This document shows positions 1-8,647 of a stretch of DNA of 64,000 bases, piece after piece. This stretch comes from a virus. The translations under genes and the position numbers were made by a program. Under the pieces are notes generated by a model. That model ran no database searches and was not told the origin of the DNA. It saw only the letters and a list, made by a program, of their open reading frames with translations. How positions within the stretch are numbered: position 1 is the stretch's first letter; every line of letters begins with the position of its first letter. The stretch is taken from positions 32,001-96,000 of the IMG/VR virus record IMGVR_UViG_3300025141_013434. One strand, given 5' to 3'.

Positions 1-87
1 TACAAGCCACCCAACTAAGACCGTGTCTAAGGTGCCTATAATTCTCCAAGTTATGGCCTTGGCGATATGACGTTTTCGCTTTATCAT
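1..87 (-). CDS. DUF2061-like small membrane protein (runs off window edge)
   Basis: Not in the ORF track. An ATG directly after the nrdJ stop translates to MIKRKRHIAKAITWRIIGTLDTVLVGWLV..., matching the KAxxWRxxGTxDT pattern of DUF2061. Confidence 0.7.
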   Translation of the reverse strand, partial: MIKRKRHIAKAITWRIIGTLDTVLVGWLV

Positions 88-1953
88 TTACAAATATTTA
101 ACCTCACATGCACCGCCAGCACAGGCTAACTCGCCTTTGAGATCAGTGTTGTCGTCTGATTCCTCTATTTTATCAAGCTTAACCTCTCGCAAAGAGTCCA
201 TCATTGCTTCGTAAGTCTCCTTAGAGCACTCCTCGAACGGAGCTTGAACATAAGTACCACCGTCATAAGGCAACACCGAAAGTCCGTTATAGTGACTTCT
301 ATTGTCCCACATCCATTCCCCCACGTCAACCCATTCTGCATCTTTTATTGAAATTGTCGCAGAAACATTGTGTGTGTTCTGGCCCTTGCTAAACCCCGGT
401 TTAATCCAACCATCAGTGACTTGTTTAACTCTCTTTAAGAGTTGCAGGGCCGATTCGGTCCTCAAGATAGAACCTTCTGGTGCTTTCTGCGGGATACCAA
501 TGACAGCTGTGTCGTGTGGCCTGAAATAATCGTCCTCTACCAATTCTGGATGGAACTTGAATAGGTGATTATAAATTGGTTCATTCTTTCCTACTCTTAT
601 TCTCCTAACGTAGTATTCAGAATGCCACGCGTGGATGCCGGAGGATGTACCCAGCACCAGTGAAGTAGTGCCTGCAGGTTTGACACAAGTTGTCCTAGCC
701 GCTGGACGGACGCCTATCAGCTCTGCTGCGCGGGCATTTTCTTGCTTTACAACCTTCGCGGCTGCGACCATATCTAATTCTAAAACTTTTCCAGACCCGA
801 TTCCTGTCATGGATACGCCGATAAGGGCGTCCTTTTCTGTGACTCTTCTCCATACGTCTCGCAAGTAATGAAAGTCTGTATAGCTTGCTTGTAGCGTGCC
901 AATAAAAGTAGCAGCCCTAACCCTCTCTTCGAGGTCTTCCTGACTTTCAACATTAGATACGTTAACCTCTGTCAAGTTACAGAACTGGTTAGGCCTTAAA
1001 CCAATCTCACAGCAAGGATTGGTACCCCAGTCCTTATCATTAGAAAAGTAAAACCCTGGCTCGCCTGCGCCGGAAGCCTTTACCCTCTCCCATAGGTCCA
1101 TAAAATACTCTTTGTCGATCTTGTGTCTCAATAGGACCACCGAATTGTTCGCCCTGCCTCTCTGAGGGTTCGTCTCCCACCAGTTTCCCGTTTTTGCGGA
1201 GAGCATTGCATGATCGTCTGCAGAAAACAAAGATATGAGCGCTGCGCGCCTTATTCCGCCAGCCAAAACTGCATCAGCAATGTGACAGATAATATCGTGG
1301 ACCTCGATCGGCTCAAGCTTATCGCCGTTCTCTTTCTCCGAAAGCATTCCCTCGATCTTAACAAGACACTCTCTCAGGGGCTGTGACCCGGGTGCCTTGC
1401 CGCCAGAAGTTATTAATCTGGCCCCTTTTGGCCTAATATCCGAATAATCAAATCGTAACCTGGAACCACCGTTGAAGTAAGACCTCATGAGGGCCTTAAC
1501 TGCATCGGCCCAGCCCTCAATTGAATCGTTGACAAGAAACCTTCTAGTTCTATTGAAATTGGGTCGAGTAATTTCTGGGAGCTTTTCAACATGATGTTTT
1601 TGAACACTGTAGCCGACGCCTGTACCGCCGAGAAGGAGAAACATTGTCTCGCCAAAAGAACGCCAGTCATCTGCGGGCATATAGGCACAATTAAAAATAC
1701 GGTTAGGAGCGACCTCGATTGGCTTTCCGCCAAACTGCATAGACCTCATCGATGGTAAAACCCTCTTATCATAGACTGATTTATATGCTTTTCGTATCTG
1801 CAATTCCAGCTTGGGATACTTTTTAATATGCATATTCATATTCCGCGTCACCAATTCTTCCCAAGTTTCCCTTCTTTCTTTTTCTGGAAAGAATCTGGCA
1901 TACTTCATGTAAACAGTTATGTCTGATAAAATTTTACTCGATAGCTCCATCAT
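88..1953 (-). CDS. nrdJ: Class II (adenosylcobalamin-dependent) ribonucleotide reductase
   Basis: KYAR...RETWEE N-terminus, VLPSMR, FNC, TNPCCEI active-site loop, CNLTE, KPAGTTS, C-terminal CAGGAC redox pair. AAGGAG RBS. Confidence 0.93.
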   Translation of the reverse strand: MMELSSKILSDITVYMKYARFFPEKERRETWEELVTRNMNMHIKKYPKLELQIRKAYKSVYDKRVLPSMRSMQFGGKPIEVAPNRIFNCAYMPADDWRSFGETMFLLLGGTGVGYSVQKHHVEKLPEITRPNFNRTRRFLVNDSIEGWADAVKALMRSYFNGGSRLRFDYSDIRPKGARLITSGGKAPGSQPLRECLVKIEGMLSEKENGDKLEPIEVHDIICHIADAVLAGGIRRAALISLFSADDHAMLSAKTGNWWETNPQRGRANNSVVLLRHKIDKEYFMDLWERVKASGAGEPGFYFSNDKDWGTNPCCEIGLRPNQFCNLTEVNVSNVESQEDLEERVRAATFIGTLQASYTDFHYLRDVWRRVTEKDALIGVSMTGIGSGKVLELDMVAAAKVVKQENARAAELIGVRPAARTTCVKPAGTTSLVLGTSSGIHAWHSEYYVRRIRVGKNEPIYNHLFKFHPELVEDDYFRPHDTAVIGIPQKAPEGSILRTESALQLLKRVKQVTDGWIKPGFSKGQNTHNVSATISIKDAEWVDVGEWMWDNRSHYNGLSVLPYDGGTYVQAPFEECSKETYEAMMDSLREVKLDKIEESDDNTDLKGELACAGGACEVKYL

Positions 1954-3323
1954 TGTTTCTCCTTCTTAAAACTTTTGTATTTTTCTTTCAAATTCTTAAA
2001 CTGTTCCTTCGACGCTTTCTCGACAATGTCATCTACAGTATCTCCAGTCGGCGGCAACACCTTTATTTTTACACAACTGGTATCCATGAAAATTGGATAC
2101 ACTAGTCCATCCGGACCATTGCGATTCTTGGCCACAAACACACGACCACCATTGGTGTTCTTGTCTTTTACGGTTCTCGAAACAGAAAAGATGAAATCCG
2201 CAACGAAGCATTTATTGAAAGCTTCGGATATAGATTCCATTGTAATTACTTCGGCATTTAACCCAGACCGGTTTGTTTGAGAGGCTGTCCAGACTGGACA
2301 TTCATGGGTCTGTGCTATCCCTCGTAACTCCTCATAAATAGTCTCCAGCTGGTGTCTTTTCTCATCTTTTCTCGAAGAAACTGGTTTAATTAAGTCGCCA
2401 TAATCGACTATGATCAGGTCTGGAATAAACCCCCTTGTTTTCATCTTCTCTAAGTGACTTTTGATAGTTTGAATGGACGCTGAACGAGTTGGATACTCCT
2501 TAACTATCAGCTTTCCTTGCACCGATTGAATTTCCTCAAAGATTTTCTCTTTAAACACAGAAAGGTTCTTTAATTCTATCCCCGTTAGGCAGCTATCATA
2601 CCTACCAGCGACGATTGTGTCTGCTAATTCCAAAGTATAATGTACAACATTCTTACCAGCCTTCAAAGCATGAGACCCCAAGTGAACTAGGGCCATAGAC
2701 TTACCTGCGCCTGTGGGAGCTACACAAACACCGAGTTCGCCGCGGCCTAGGCCACCCTTGATCAAGTCATCAATCTGAGGCCAGCCTGTAGTGACGGGAT
2801 TTCTGGCCTTTAATTGAAACCTTAACTCAAAGTCTGCAAGATAATCATATCCGAAATTATTATCGCTGCCCAATTTGATTGCTTCGTTGATCAACATACT
2901 GACTTCATCAAACGATGATCTTTTAATAAGATCGACAGACTTAATCAAGGCCTCTTTGAGTTTTTGCTTTCTGCAAAAATCAAGAGCAACATCTTTTATA
3001 TATTCAGAACCTTCAAGGCTCTCCGTGGAAGCTAAGACTCTCGCGTAATAATCTCTAATACTGATCTGTGTTGATTCGTTTTCACTCTTAAGTTCAGTCC
3101 TGATTATGGACTTCATTATCTTTTCGGTGGGGTGGATACCATATTTATCTCTGTATCCAATTATTCTCTTCACAAACACCCTAAGGTGCTTTAGTTCCAA
3201 GAAATTTATATCCAAAACTTCAAAAATCTGATCCGCAAAGGGCCTATCTGTCAGGATAAGCTTACAAAGATCCTCTTGAAATGATTTTCCGAATTTGGAA
3301 AAATCTTCTTTTTCTTGTTTCAT
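1950..3323 (-). CDS. Replicative DNA helicase, DnaB/T4 gp41-like
   Basis: Walker A APTGAGKS, YTLEL, IIVDYGDL, WTASQTNR, KNRNGPDG. Confidence 0.92.
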   Translation of the reverse strand: MKQEKEDFSKFGKSFQEDLCKLILTDRPFADQIFEVLDINFLELKHLRVFVKRIIGYRDKYGIHPTEKIMKSIIRTELKSENESTQISIRDYYARVLASTESLEGSEYIKDVALDFCRKQKLKEALIKSVDLIKRSSFDEVSMLINEAIKLGSDNNFGYDYLADFELRFQLKARNPVTTGWPQIDDLIKGGLGRGELGVCVAPTGAGKSMALVHLGSHALKAGKNVVHYTLELADTIVAGRYDSCLTGIELKNLSVFKEKIFEEIQSVQGKLIVKEYPTRSASIQTIKSHLEKMKTRGFIPDLIIVDYGDLIKPVSSRKDEKRHQLETIYEELRGIAQTHECPVWTASQTNRSGLNAEVITMESISEAFNKCFVADFIFSVSRTVKDKNTNGGRVFVAKNRNGPDGLVYPIFMDTSCVKIKVLPPTGDTVDDIVEKASKEQFKNLKEKYKSFKKEKQ

Positions 3324-3373
3324 TAAGTTCCCACCTATTTTATAATCTTACCACACATTCCTTAGAAAAGGAA

Positions 3374-4348
3374 CTAAAAAGGCGAGACCATCCGATTAAA
3401 ATTTTCGAACAAGGAATCCAATGACACCTCCCCGATGCCATCTTGAAGCATCAAGGCTCTAAGCCCTGTCTTATTGAGTTCTGCTTCATAGTTTTCAAAA
3501 GTTTGCCTGATTCTAGTCCTACCCTGAGTGGAGATAGAAGGAGAGTAGAGTTGCATTATTTTATAATTAGACTCAACAAGTTCCTTGCTCTCGTAAATTC
3601 TTTCGAAAACTTTTAATTTGTTATCTTCCTCTTCCATTACAGCCCGGCAGGCATTGAACAAATCTTCTACGAGAAAGTCCCTATCTTCCCCGAAGTCTTC
3701 GAAGCGCTTTGCCACGGTAGCCAGACCCACACCCTGAACACCAGGAAGGTTGTCGCTTTTATCGCCTGCCATAGCACGGGCAAGAGCAAAGTTCCTTGGA
3801 TGAATGCCAAACTTTTCAACCACCTTGTTCTTGTTCAAAATCTCATCTTGTGTTGGCCGAAATAATAACGTCTTGTCATCCAATAACTGGATAAAATCTT
3901 TATCACTGGACACGATAACCTTCTGATAATCTGAGAATTCATTCATTTGCACCACGTAGGATATCACATCATCAGCTTCGACGTGAGGTTCCATGAACTG
4001 TACGACTGGTGTCTGATTAAGATAATCAACTACTCTCATCTGTTGCCAGATCCTGTTATCTTTTTCTTGTTCTTCTGTTAGGTGTCTCGATGATCTATTC
4101 AGGCGAATTGGCTTCCTGCCTGCCTTATAATTCTTGTTAACGGTTCTGCGTTTCTTCGAGCCGCCTTCACCGTCCCATACAACCACGATCATGTCCGGTC
4201 GTATTTGTCTTGAAAGTTTATTTAGAATCTTTAGAAAACCCTTGGAGCCCCCAATGGGAGCACCATCACTAGACAAACTAGGGTCCACTATATAAGATCT
4301 TAAAAATTGGTTGTGCGCATCGACAACCATTAATCTCTTGTTACTCAT
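3374..4348 (-). CDS. 5'-3' exonuclease / flap endonuclease (PolI N-terminal domain, T4 RNase H-like)
   Basis: VVDAHN, VWDG, YKAGR, EADDVI, SSDKDFIQL, GDKSDNLPGVQGVG. Confidence 0.92.
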   Translation of the reverse strand: MSNKRLMVVDAHNQFLRSYIVDPSLSSDGAPIGGSKGFLKILNKLSRQIRPDMIVVVWDGEGGSKKRRTVNKNYKAGRKPIRLNRSSRHLTEEQEKDNRIWQQMRVVDYLNQTPVVQFMEPHVEADDVISYVVQMNEFSDYQKVIVSSDKDFIQLLDDKTLLFRPTQDEILNKNKVVEKFGIHPRNFALARAMAGDKSDNLPGVQGVGLATVAKRFEDFGEDRDFLVEDLFNACRAVMEEEDNKLKVFERIYESKELVESNYKIMQLYSPSISTQGRTRIRQTFENYEAELNKTGLRALMLQDGIGEVSLDSLFENFNRMVSPF

Positions 4349-4485
4349 TATTTATCTCCATCGCCCAAAACTTTGCACTGTTTTATTCTCCAGAGCCCCC
4401 ACCAAAGAGATCCAAAAAACAAGATGTCGGCTAGAACGCCGTACATCAATCGCTCATCCAGCATATATTGTGTTAAAGTAAACAT
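4348..4485 (-). CDS. Putative 45-aa small membrane protein
   Basis: Below the ORF-track cutoff. MFTLTQYMLDERLMYGVLADILFFGSLWWGLWRIKQCKVLGDGDK has one hydrophobic segment. Its stop overlaps the next start (TAATG) and it lies just downstream of a sigma70-like promoter. Confidence 0.5.
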   Translation of the reverse strand: MFTLTQYMLDERLMYGVLADILFFGSLWWGLWRIKQCKVLGDGDK

Positions 4486-4503
4486 AATTGCATTTCTTTC
4501 TTT

Positions 4504-4540
4504 AAAAAAACACCCCAGGTATAATCATACCTGGGGTGTT
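4504..4540 (-). terminator. Intrinsic terminator after recA/uvsX
   Basis: Perfect 14-bp inverted repeat AACACCCCAGGTAT-4nt-ATACCTGGGGTGTT followed by a T-run on the minus strand. Confidence 0.8.
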
Positions 4541-4552
4541 AAGGTTTGTCAA
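4524..4552 (-). promoter_or_regulatory. Sigma70-like promoter TTGACA-N17-TATGAT
   Basis: Minus strand reads TTGACA AACCTTAACACCCCAGG TATGAT. Confidence 0.65.
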
Positions 4553-4572
4553 GGCCTAATTAGGGAGGATTA

Positions 4573-5706
4573 TTATTCCTTGACAGGTGGGATCTCGTCC
4601 TCTTTCTCGTAATAGTCAGAGGCGTTTCCTGTTCTATTGTCGAATTTCATTATAACATCTTGATCAATGATTTGCAAGACTCTTTCACGAAATTTCTCAT
4701 TTTCCAATTTATCTAGCCACTTCTTACGCTGAAACTTTTCTTCTGTACCATCCTCATGAATGATAGAGAACCATGCTCCAGACTGTTTAAAGTTTTCAGA
4801 GATCTGAACTGCATCAAACCAACTCTCTTCATCTTGAACTCCGATCTTATCTGAATTCCCCCACAAGATCTTAAAGTTACAATGTCTTCCTGCAGTACCA
4901 AACCGAGACTTTTCTAATTTAACTTTTACCTCGGACCCAACCCTGAAACCGTTCTCATCTGTTACGAACGATGCCTTTGCCTTTCGGCCAGTGAGCCAAA
5001 TCCTCAAAGAATATGCGTAGTGCATAGCCTTGCCACCCGGAGTTACCCACGGAGTTGTCATGGCCTCAGATGGAGATCGAGTAATATTGGTTTTAAGTTG
5101 ATTCAGAACCAGAAGGGTTGCTTTGCTGTTGGCAATTGGCACGGTCAACTTTGACATGCCTTTCGACAAAATTCTAGCCTTCACTGCCATTGAAGACTGT
5201 GGGTTAAAGTCGCCCTCAACATCTGAAATAGCGGGAGTCAAAGCAAGGGAGTCCCATATAAACAACCACTTGTTTCCCGTGTCCAAAAGCTCTTCGATTG
5301 TCTCTAAGACAAACTCTACACTTTCAGCCTGAACATACATCAGGCTTTCAAGATCGCAGCCAGCTAGTTCTAGAAAGCTCGGATCAATTGCAGACTCAGA
5401 ATCGAAGTATACCACATCAATCCCCATCTTCTGTGCGTTGGCAGCGATCTGGGTAGCCATGTAAGACTTCCCAGTCGCCTCAAGCCCTGCTATTTCAACT
5501 ATCTTTCCAACCGGAATGCCTGCTAGCTTTCCTTTGCAGATAATGGAGTCCAACCAGCGCGAGCCGGTTGGAATCCACTCCTTCACTTCTGTCGGATTCT
5601 CTCCGGAGAGACTATGTGCGACATCTCTACCTGCTTTCTTGTTGATAATACGTCGCATCTCATCCATTGAGATTTTTCCAGTTTTAATTTTAGCAATCTT
5701 TGCCAT
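4573..5706 (-). CDS. RecA/UvsX-like recombinase
   Basis: IPTGS, GIPVGKIVEIAGLEATGKS (Walker A), FDSE, IWDSL, NQL, TPGGKA, KSRF. Confidence 0.93.
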   Translation of the reverse strand: MAKIAKIKTGKISMDEMRRIINKKAGRDVAHSLSGENPTEVKEWIPTGSRWLDSIICKGKLAGIPVGKIVEIAGLEATGKSYMATQIAANAQKMGIDVVYFDSESAIDPSFLELAGCDLESLMYVQAESVEFVLETIEELLDTGNKWLFIWDSLALTPAISDVEGDFNPQSSMAVKARILSKGMSKLTVPIANSKATLLVLNQLKTNITRSPSEAMTTPWVTPGGKAMHYAYSLRIWLTGRKAKASFVTDENGFRVGSEVKVKLEKSRFGTAGRHCNFKILWGNSDKIGVQDEESWFDAVQISENFKQSGAWFSIIHEDGTEEKFQRKKWLDKLENEKFRERVLQIIDQDVIMKFDNRTGNASDYYEKEDEIPPVKE

Positions 5707-5715
5707 CTATGTACC

Positions 5716-6477
5716 TCAAGTATTCAAAAGATCGTTGAAAGCTGCTTCCACGGCATCTGTTCCCGTTGGGGGTGCCGGCTTGGTGTCTCCGTACCGCTCG
5801 ACTTGTCCGTCAGTGCTGTCTCCGTCAAGAAACGTATCCAGGAGTGCCTGGACATCCTCCGTTGCCTTGCGTTCGAAGAGCCTTTCAAAGTCTGGTACTG
5901 ACTCCAACAACTCTGCACACCTATCATCACCGCCAACTGCATCGTCGCACAAGCGAGACTTGCGTGGGCGGGGTCGGATATCCGTGCGAGGGAAGGAAGC
6001 GCCCGGGGGCTTACCATACATTACCTTGAGATCATTACCATCCTCGTGGTCAGTAACATCGCCGTAATCAGGATCGAGAACAATGGTAAGAAGCTTTTCA
6101 TAAGCCATCTTCCCGTAACCCCAAACCTTAACACCTTGCTCTTCTTCTCCCCGAACGAGTACGGGCGAAAAGAATCGCTGCTTTGCGAAGAGGCCCTTGG
6201 CCATCTTCTTACTATCCTCCGTTCCTTCGTTCCAAAGCTTGGTAGCGAAATCACAGACTGGACATTCATCTCCGAAGTTCTTCTTGGGGCATAGAAAGCC
6301 ACCATGTGTCACGTTATAGTGAAAGAACTTTTCCTTAAAAGGGTCCCCATCGGAAGTGGGAACGATTCGAATGTTGTTTTCCCCATCTTGGGGCTTCCAG
6401 AAATCAGTTCTGTTTCCGTCACCTTTTCCGGTAACGTTATTAAGTTTTGCACGCATGCGGTCTAAATCAAGAGCCAT
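5716..6477 (-). CDS. Single-stranded DNA-binding protein, T4 gp32-like
   Basis: FWKP..G.N.IRIVP, H...CP...CPVC zinc site, DYGDVTD..DGNDL, acidic C-tail ending FNDLLN. Located next to the recombinase. Start moved to the ATG with an AAGGAG RBS. Confidence 0.85.
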   Translation of the reverse strand: MALDLDRMRAKLNNVTGKGDGNRTDFWKPQDGENNIRIVPTSDGDPFKEKFFHYNVTHGGFLCPKKNFGDECPVCDFATKLWNEGTEDSKKMAKGLFAKQRFFSPVLVRGEEEQGVKVWGYGKMAYEKLLTIVLDPDYGDVTDHEDGNDLKVMYGKPPGASFPRTDIRPRPRKSRLCDDAVGGDDRCAELLESVPDFERLFERKATEDVQALLDTFLDGDSTDGQVERYGDTKPAPPTGTDAVEAAFNDLLNT

Positions 6478-6547
6478 TGGTTTCTCCTTAGTTTTTTTGC
6501 TCAATTAGCTAAAGTCAAGTCGGCAAATCTCCCGACTTGCTATAGAC

Positions 6548-6576
6548 AGTATCCCATAAAATTTATAAAATGTCAA
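6548..6576 (-). promoter_or_regulatory. Sigma70-like promoter TTGACA-N17-GATACT with extended TG
   Basis: Minus strand TTGACA TTTTATAAATTTTATGG GATACT, upstream of the SSB-recA genes. Confidence 0.65.
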
Positions 6577-7430
6577 CTATTTTTTTCAGTATCGCCCTGA
6601 ATTGCGGAAGAATAATATAATGCGTACCCACAAATATAATCATAGCTCGTGGAGAAGATTCCGTAACTTATCTTTTTGTTTTCGTCTTGATGTGCACGAG
6701 ATCTCATTTGTTCTACAATCTTTCGATGAAGGTTCGCTTCTTTTTCTAATTTTTCTTCAGGAATACCGTAATAATATCTGGTTTCCCGGACAATGTCAAG
6801 AGGAAAAAATGATTTTTCTGAATCATCTTCCGGATTGAAAAGACCTATCGTGCAAATCTTAGAAACCTCCATAAGGTCTGAAAATGTATCCGTTACAGAT
6901 TCAGAATGGTTAAAAACATTTATCATATGAAAAGAAGAAGCTATCACTTCATTTAAGGAATCGTAATAGTTCATTATTGAGGCATCTTGCACTAGGGGAT
7001 CCAACTCTTCGTTAGATATTAAATACATCTTCTCAAAAACTCCAGAACGAGAGTATTGTTGTAACACATTAAATACAGTTCGCTCCTGAAGCCTCTTTGT
7101 GTCGCTTGACAGAGAAACGTCCGGTTGAATGTAAAGGATGTTGATCCTGCACTTGCTATGAAGGTAGTGCAAGATCAAAAGTGAAGCTCCGGAGCAAATG
7201 CTTGCTCCGGAAACTATAAATAAAACTTCCCCTTTTACATTCTTCAAGAAGTTCTTGAATTTGGGGGGGTCTTTCTCATACCCTTCTGGAGAAGGGTGAG
7301 ACTCGATTTGTAGATAGTTCTTTTCATCCGATTCTTCTGTATCTATTTTAAAGACAGAATACTCAGGATATTTTTCGAACCTTCTGGCAACCCTTGTTGC
7401 AACGCCGCCAAGAGAAATTATCTTATCCAC
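6573..7430 (-). CDS. Divergent tubulin/FtsZ-like (PhuZ/TubZ-like) protein with degenerate GTPase signature
   Basis: The motif order matches the FtsZ fold: IISLGGVATRVA (T1), KIDT, VLFIVSGASICSGASLLIL (T4 position, normally GGGTG[ST]G), ILYIQP, YLISNE, then the helix ending LNEVIA. Confidence 0.6.
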   Translation of the reverse strand: MDKIISLGGVATRVARRFEKYPEYSVFKIDTEESDEKNYLQIESHPSPEGYEKDPPKFKNFLKNVKGEVLFIVSGASICSGASLLILHYLHSKCRINILYIQPDVSLSSDTKRLQERTVFNVLQQYSRSGVFEKMYLISNEELDPLVQDASIMNYYDSLNEVIASSFHMINVFNHSESVTDTFSDLMEVSKICTIGLFNPEDDSEKSFFPLDIVRETRYYYGIPEEKLEKEANLHRKIVEQMRSRAHQDENKKISYGIFSTSYDYICGYALYYSSAIQGDTEKNS

Positions 7431-8629
7431 TTTATTTCCTTCATATCGCCAAAATTCTTTCCCAACTTAACATTGACCATATACTTGCCGAACCTAGTAT
7501 TCTCGAATAGGCTTACTATTTCTGGGATTTTGTTTTTCTCTTCTTTTGTAACATCCAAAACTATGGAGTCATGCATAATGAATGCTATTTTGCTCTTCAT
7601 GTTTTTCAAAAACTTATGAACCTTTGATGCCTGCTCTAAACACACATCACTAGTTGTTGACTGTAGAATATAATTCACACTGTGATACTCATCTGATTCT
7701 ATTTCGCGGAGAAAGGGTGTGGTGACGTTCTGGCCATCCCAGTATTTCTCTTTGATGAGAACCCTGTCATAAGCGCGGTTTAACAGAAAATCCTTAGAGT
7801 CTGGATTATACAGCCAAGAAAAAACCCTCTTCTTTGCTTCCTCCCTTGTCGTGGAGGGCCCGAAAATGTTCTTGATGTTCCAGTTGTGAACGTCTTCTTC
7901 GGGCTGGGCGGTACCAACCAGAGCCAACAAAGTTCTCAATTCCGCGGCATTAAAGTCAATCTCTAAGAACGCATCGTGATTCGGCTTTATGAATTCTCTC
8001 AAGTCTTTATCCAAAGTTAGGATCGGGAAGGATCCGCGCTCAGTTGTCAAACGGCCGGTCTTGGTTCCAAACAGGTTATAACGTATTGATAACGACTTTT
8101 TATTTAAATCCTTCATAAAGTGTCGGACTTTCTTTTTAAAAAATCTTGCCTTCATGGCTGAGCGGTCAACACTAACGGCTTGAAATCTTATCTCCTCTAT
8201 CATCCTGTGAGCACCTAGGAGGTGATCATAATTTTGAGGTCTGGAATGATTTTCAAACACGCTTTTTGTTATTTCGTTTTTCAAATACAGGTAGTTCAGT
8301 AAAAACTTCTTTGGAATTATATCAAAAATACAATTTTCTGTTAGGCTTACCTTTGCAGTACTTAAGGATTTTTTGTATGCCTCCAGCTTCTTAGTCGCAG
8401 ATTCCCACGAATTTCTTAGAGAATCCGGACAAACTGAATCCAAAGATCTCCCCGCAACGTAAAGCCAAGCAAACTCTAAATGTTCGTGTTCTCGCAACGA
8501 CTCTGAATATTTCCAAGTCCTTGTGAATCCTTCTAGGTTGATTTTTTCGAAAACGAGTTCCCTACCCCAAGGGCTGTCAAAAAATGCGCCGGCGCACTCT
8601 CTCTTATCGTCGATGTTTTGAAAATACAC
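7418..8629 (-). CDS. Miniature family A DNA polymerase-like protein
   Basis: TKTGRLT, motif A DFNAAELR, DVH, motif B REEAKKRVFSWLY, NYILQSTTSD, motif C MHDSIVLD, VKLGKNF. Only 403 aa. GTG start. Confidence 0.8.
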   Translation of the reverse strand: MYFQNIDDKRECAGAFFDSPWGRELVFEKINLEGFTRTWKYSESLREHEHLEFAWLYVAGRSLDSVCPDSLRNSWESATKKLEAYKKSLSTAKVSLTENCIFDIIPKKFLLNYLYLKNEITKSVFENHSRPQNYDHLLGAHRMIEEIRFQAVSVDRSAMKARFFKKKVRHFMKDLNKKSLSIRYNLFGTKTGRLTTERGSFPILTLDKDLREFIKPNHDAFLEIDFNAAELRTLLALVGTAQPEEDVHNWNIKNIFGPSTTREEAKKRVFSWLYNPDSKDFLLNRAYDRVLIKEKYWDGQNVTTPFLREIESDEYHSVNYILQSTTSDVCLEQASKVHKFLKNMKSKIAFIMHDSIVLDVTKEEKNKIPEIVSLFENTRFGKYMVNVKLGKNFGDMKEIKWIR

Positions 8630-8647
8630 ACTCTTTCCTATAAGCCA

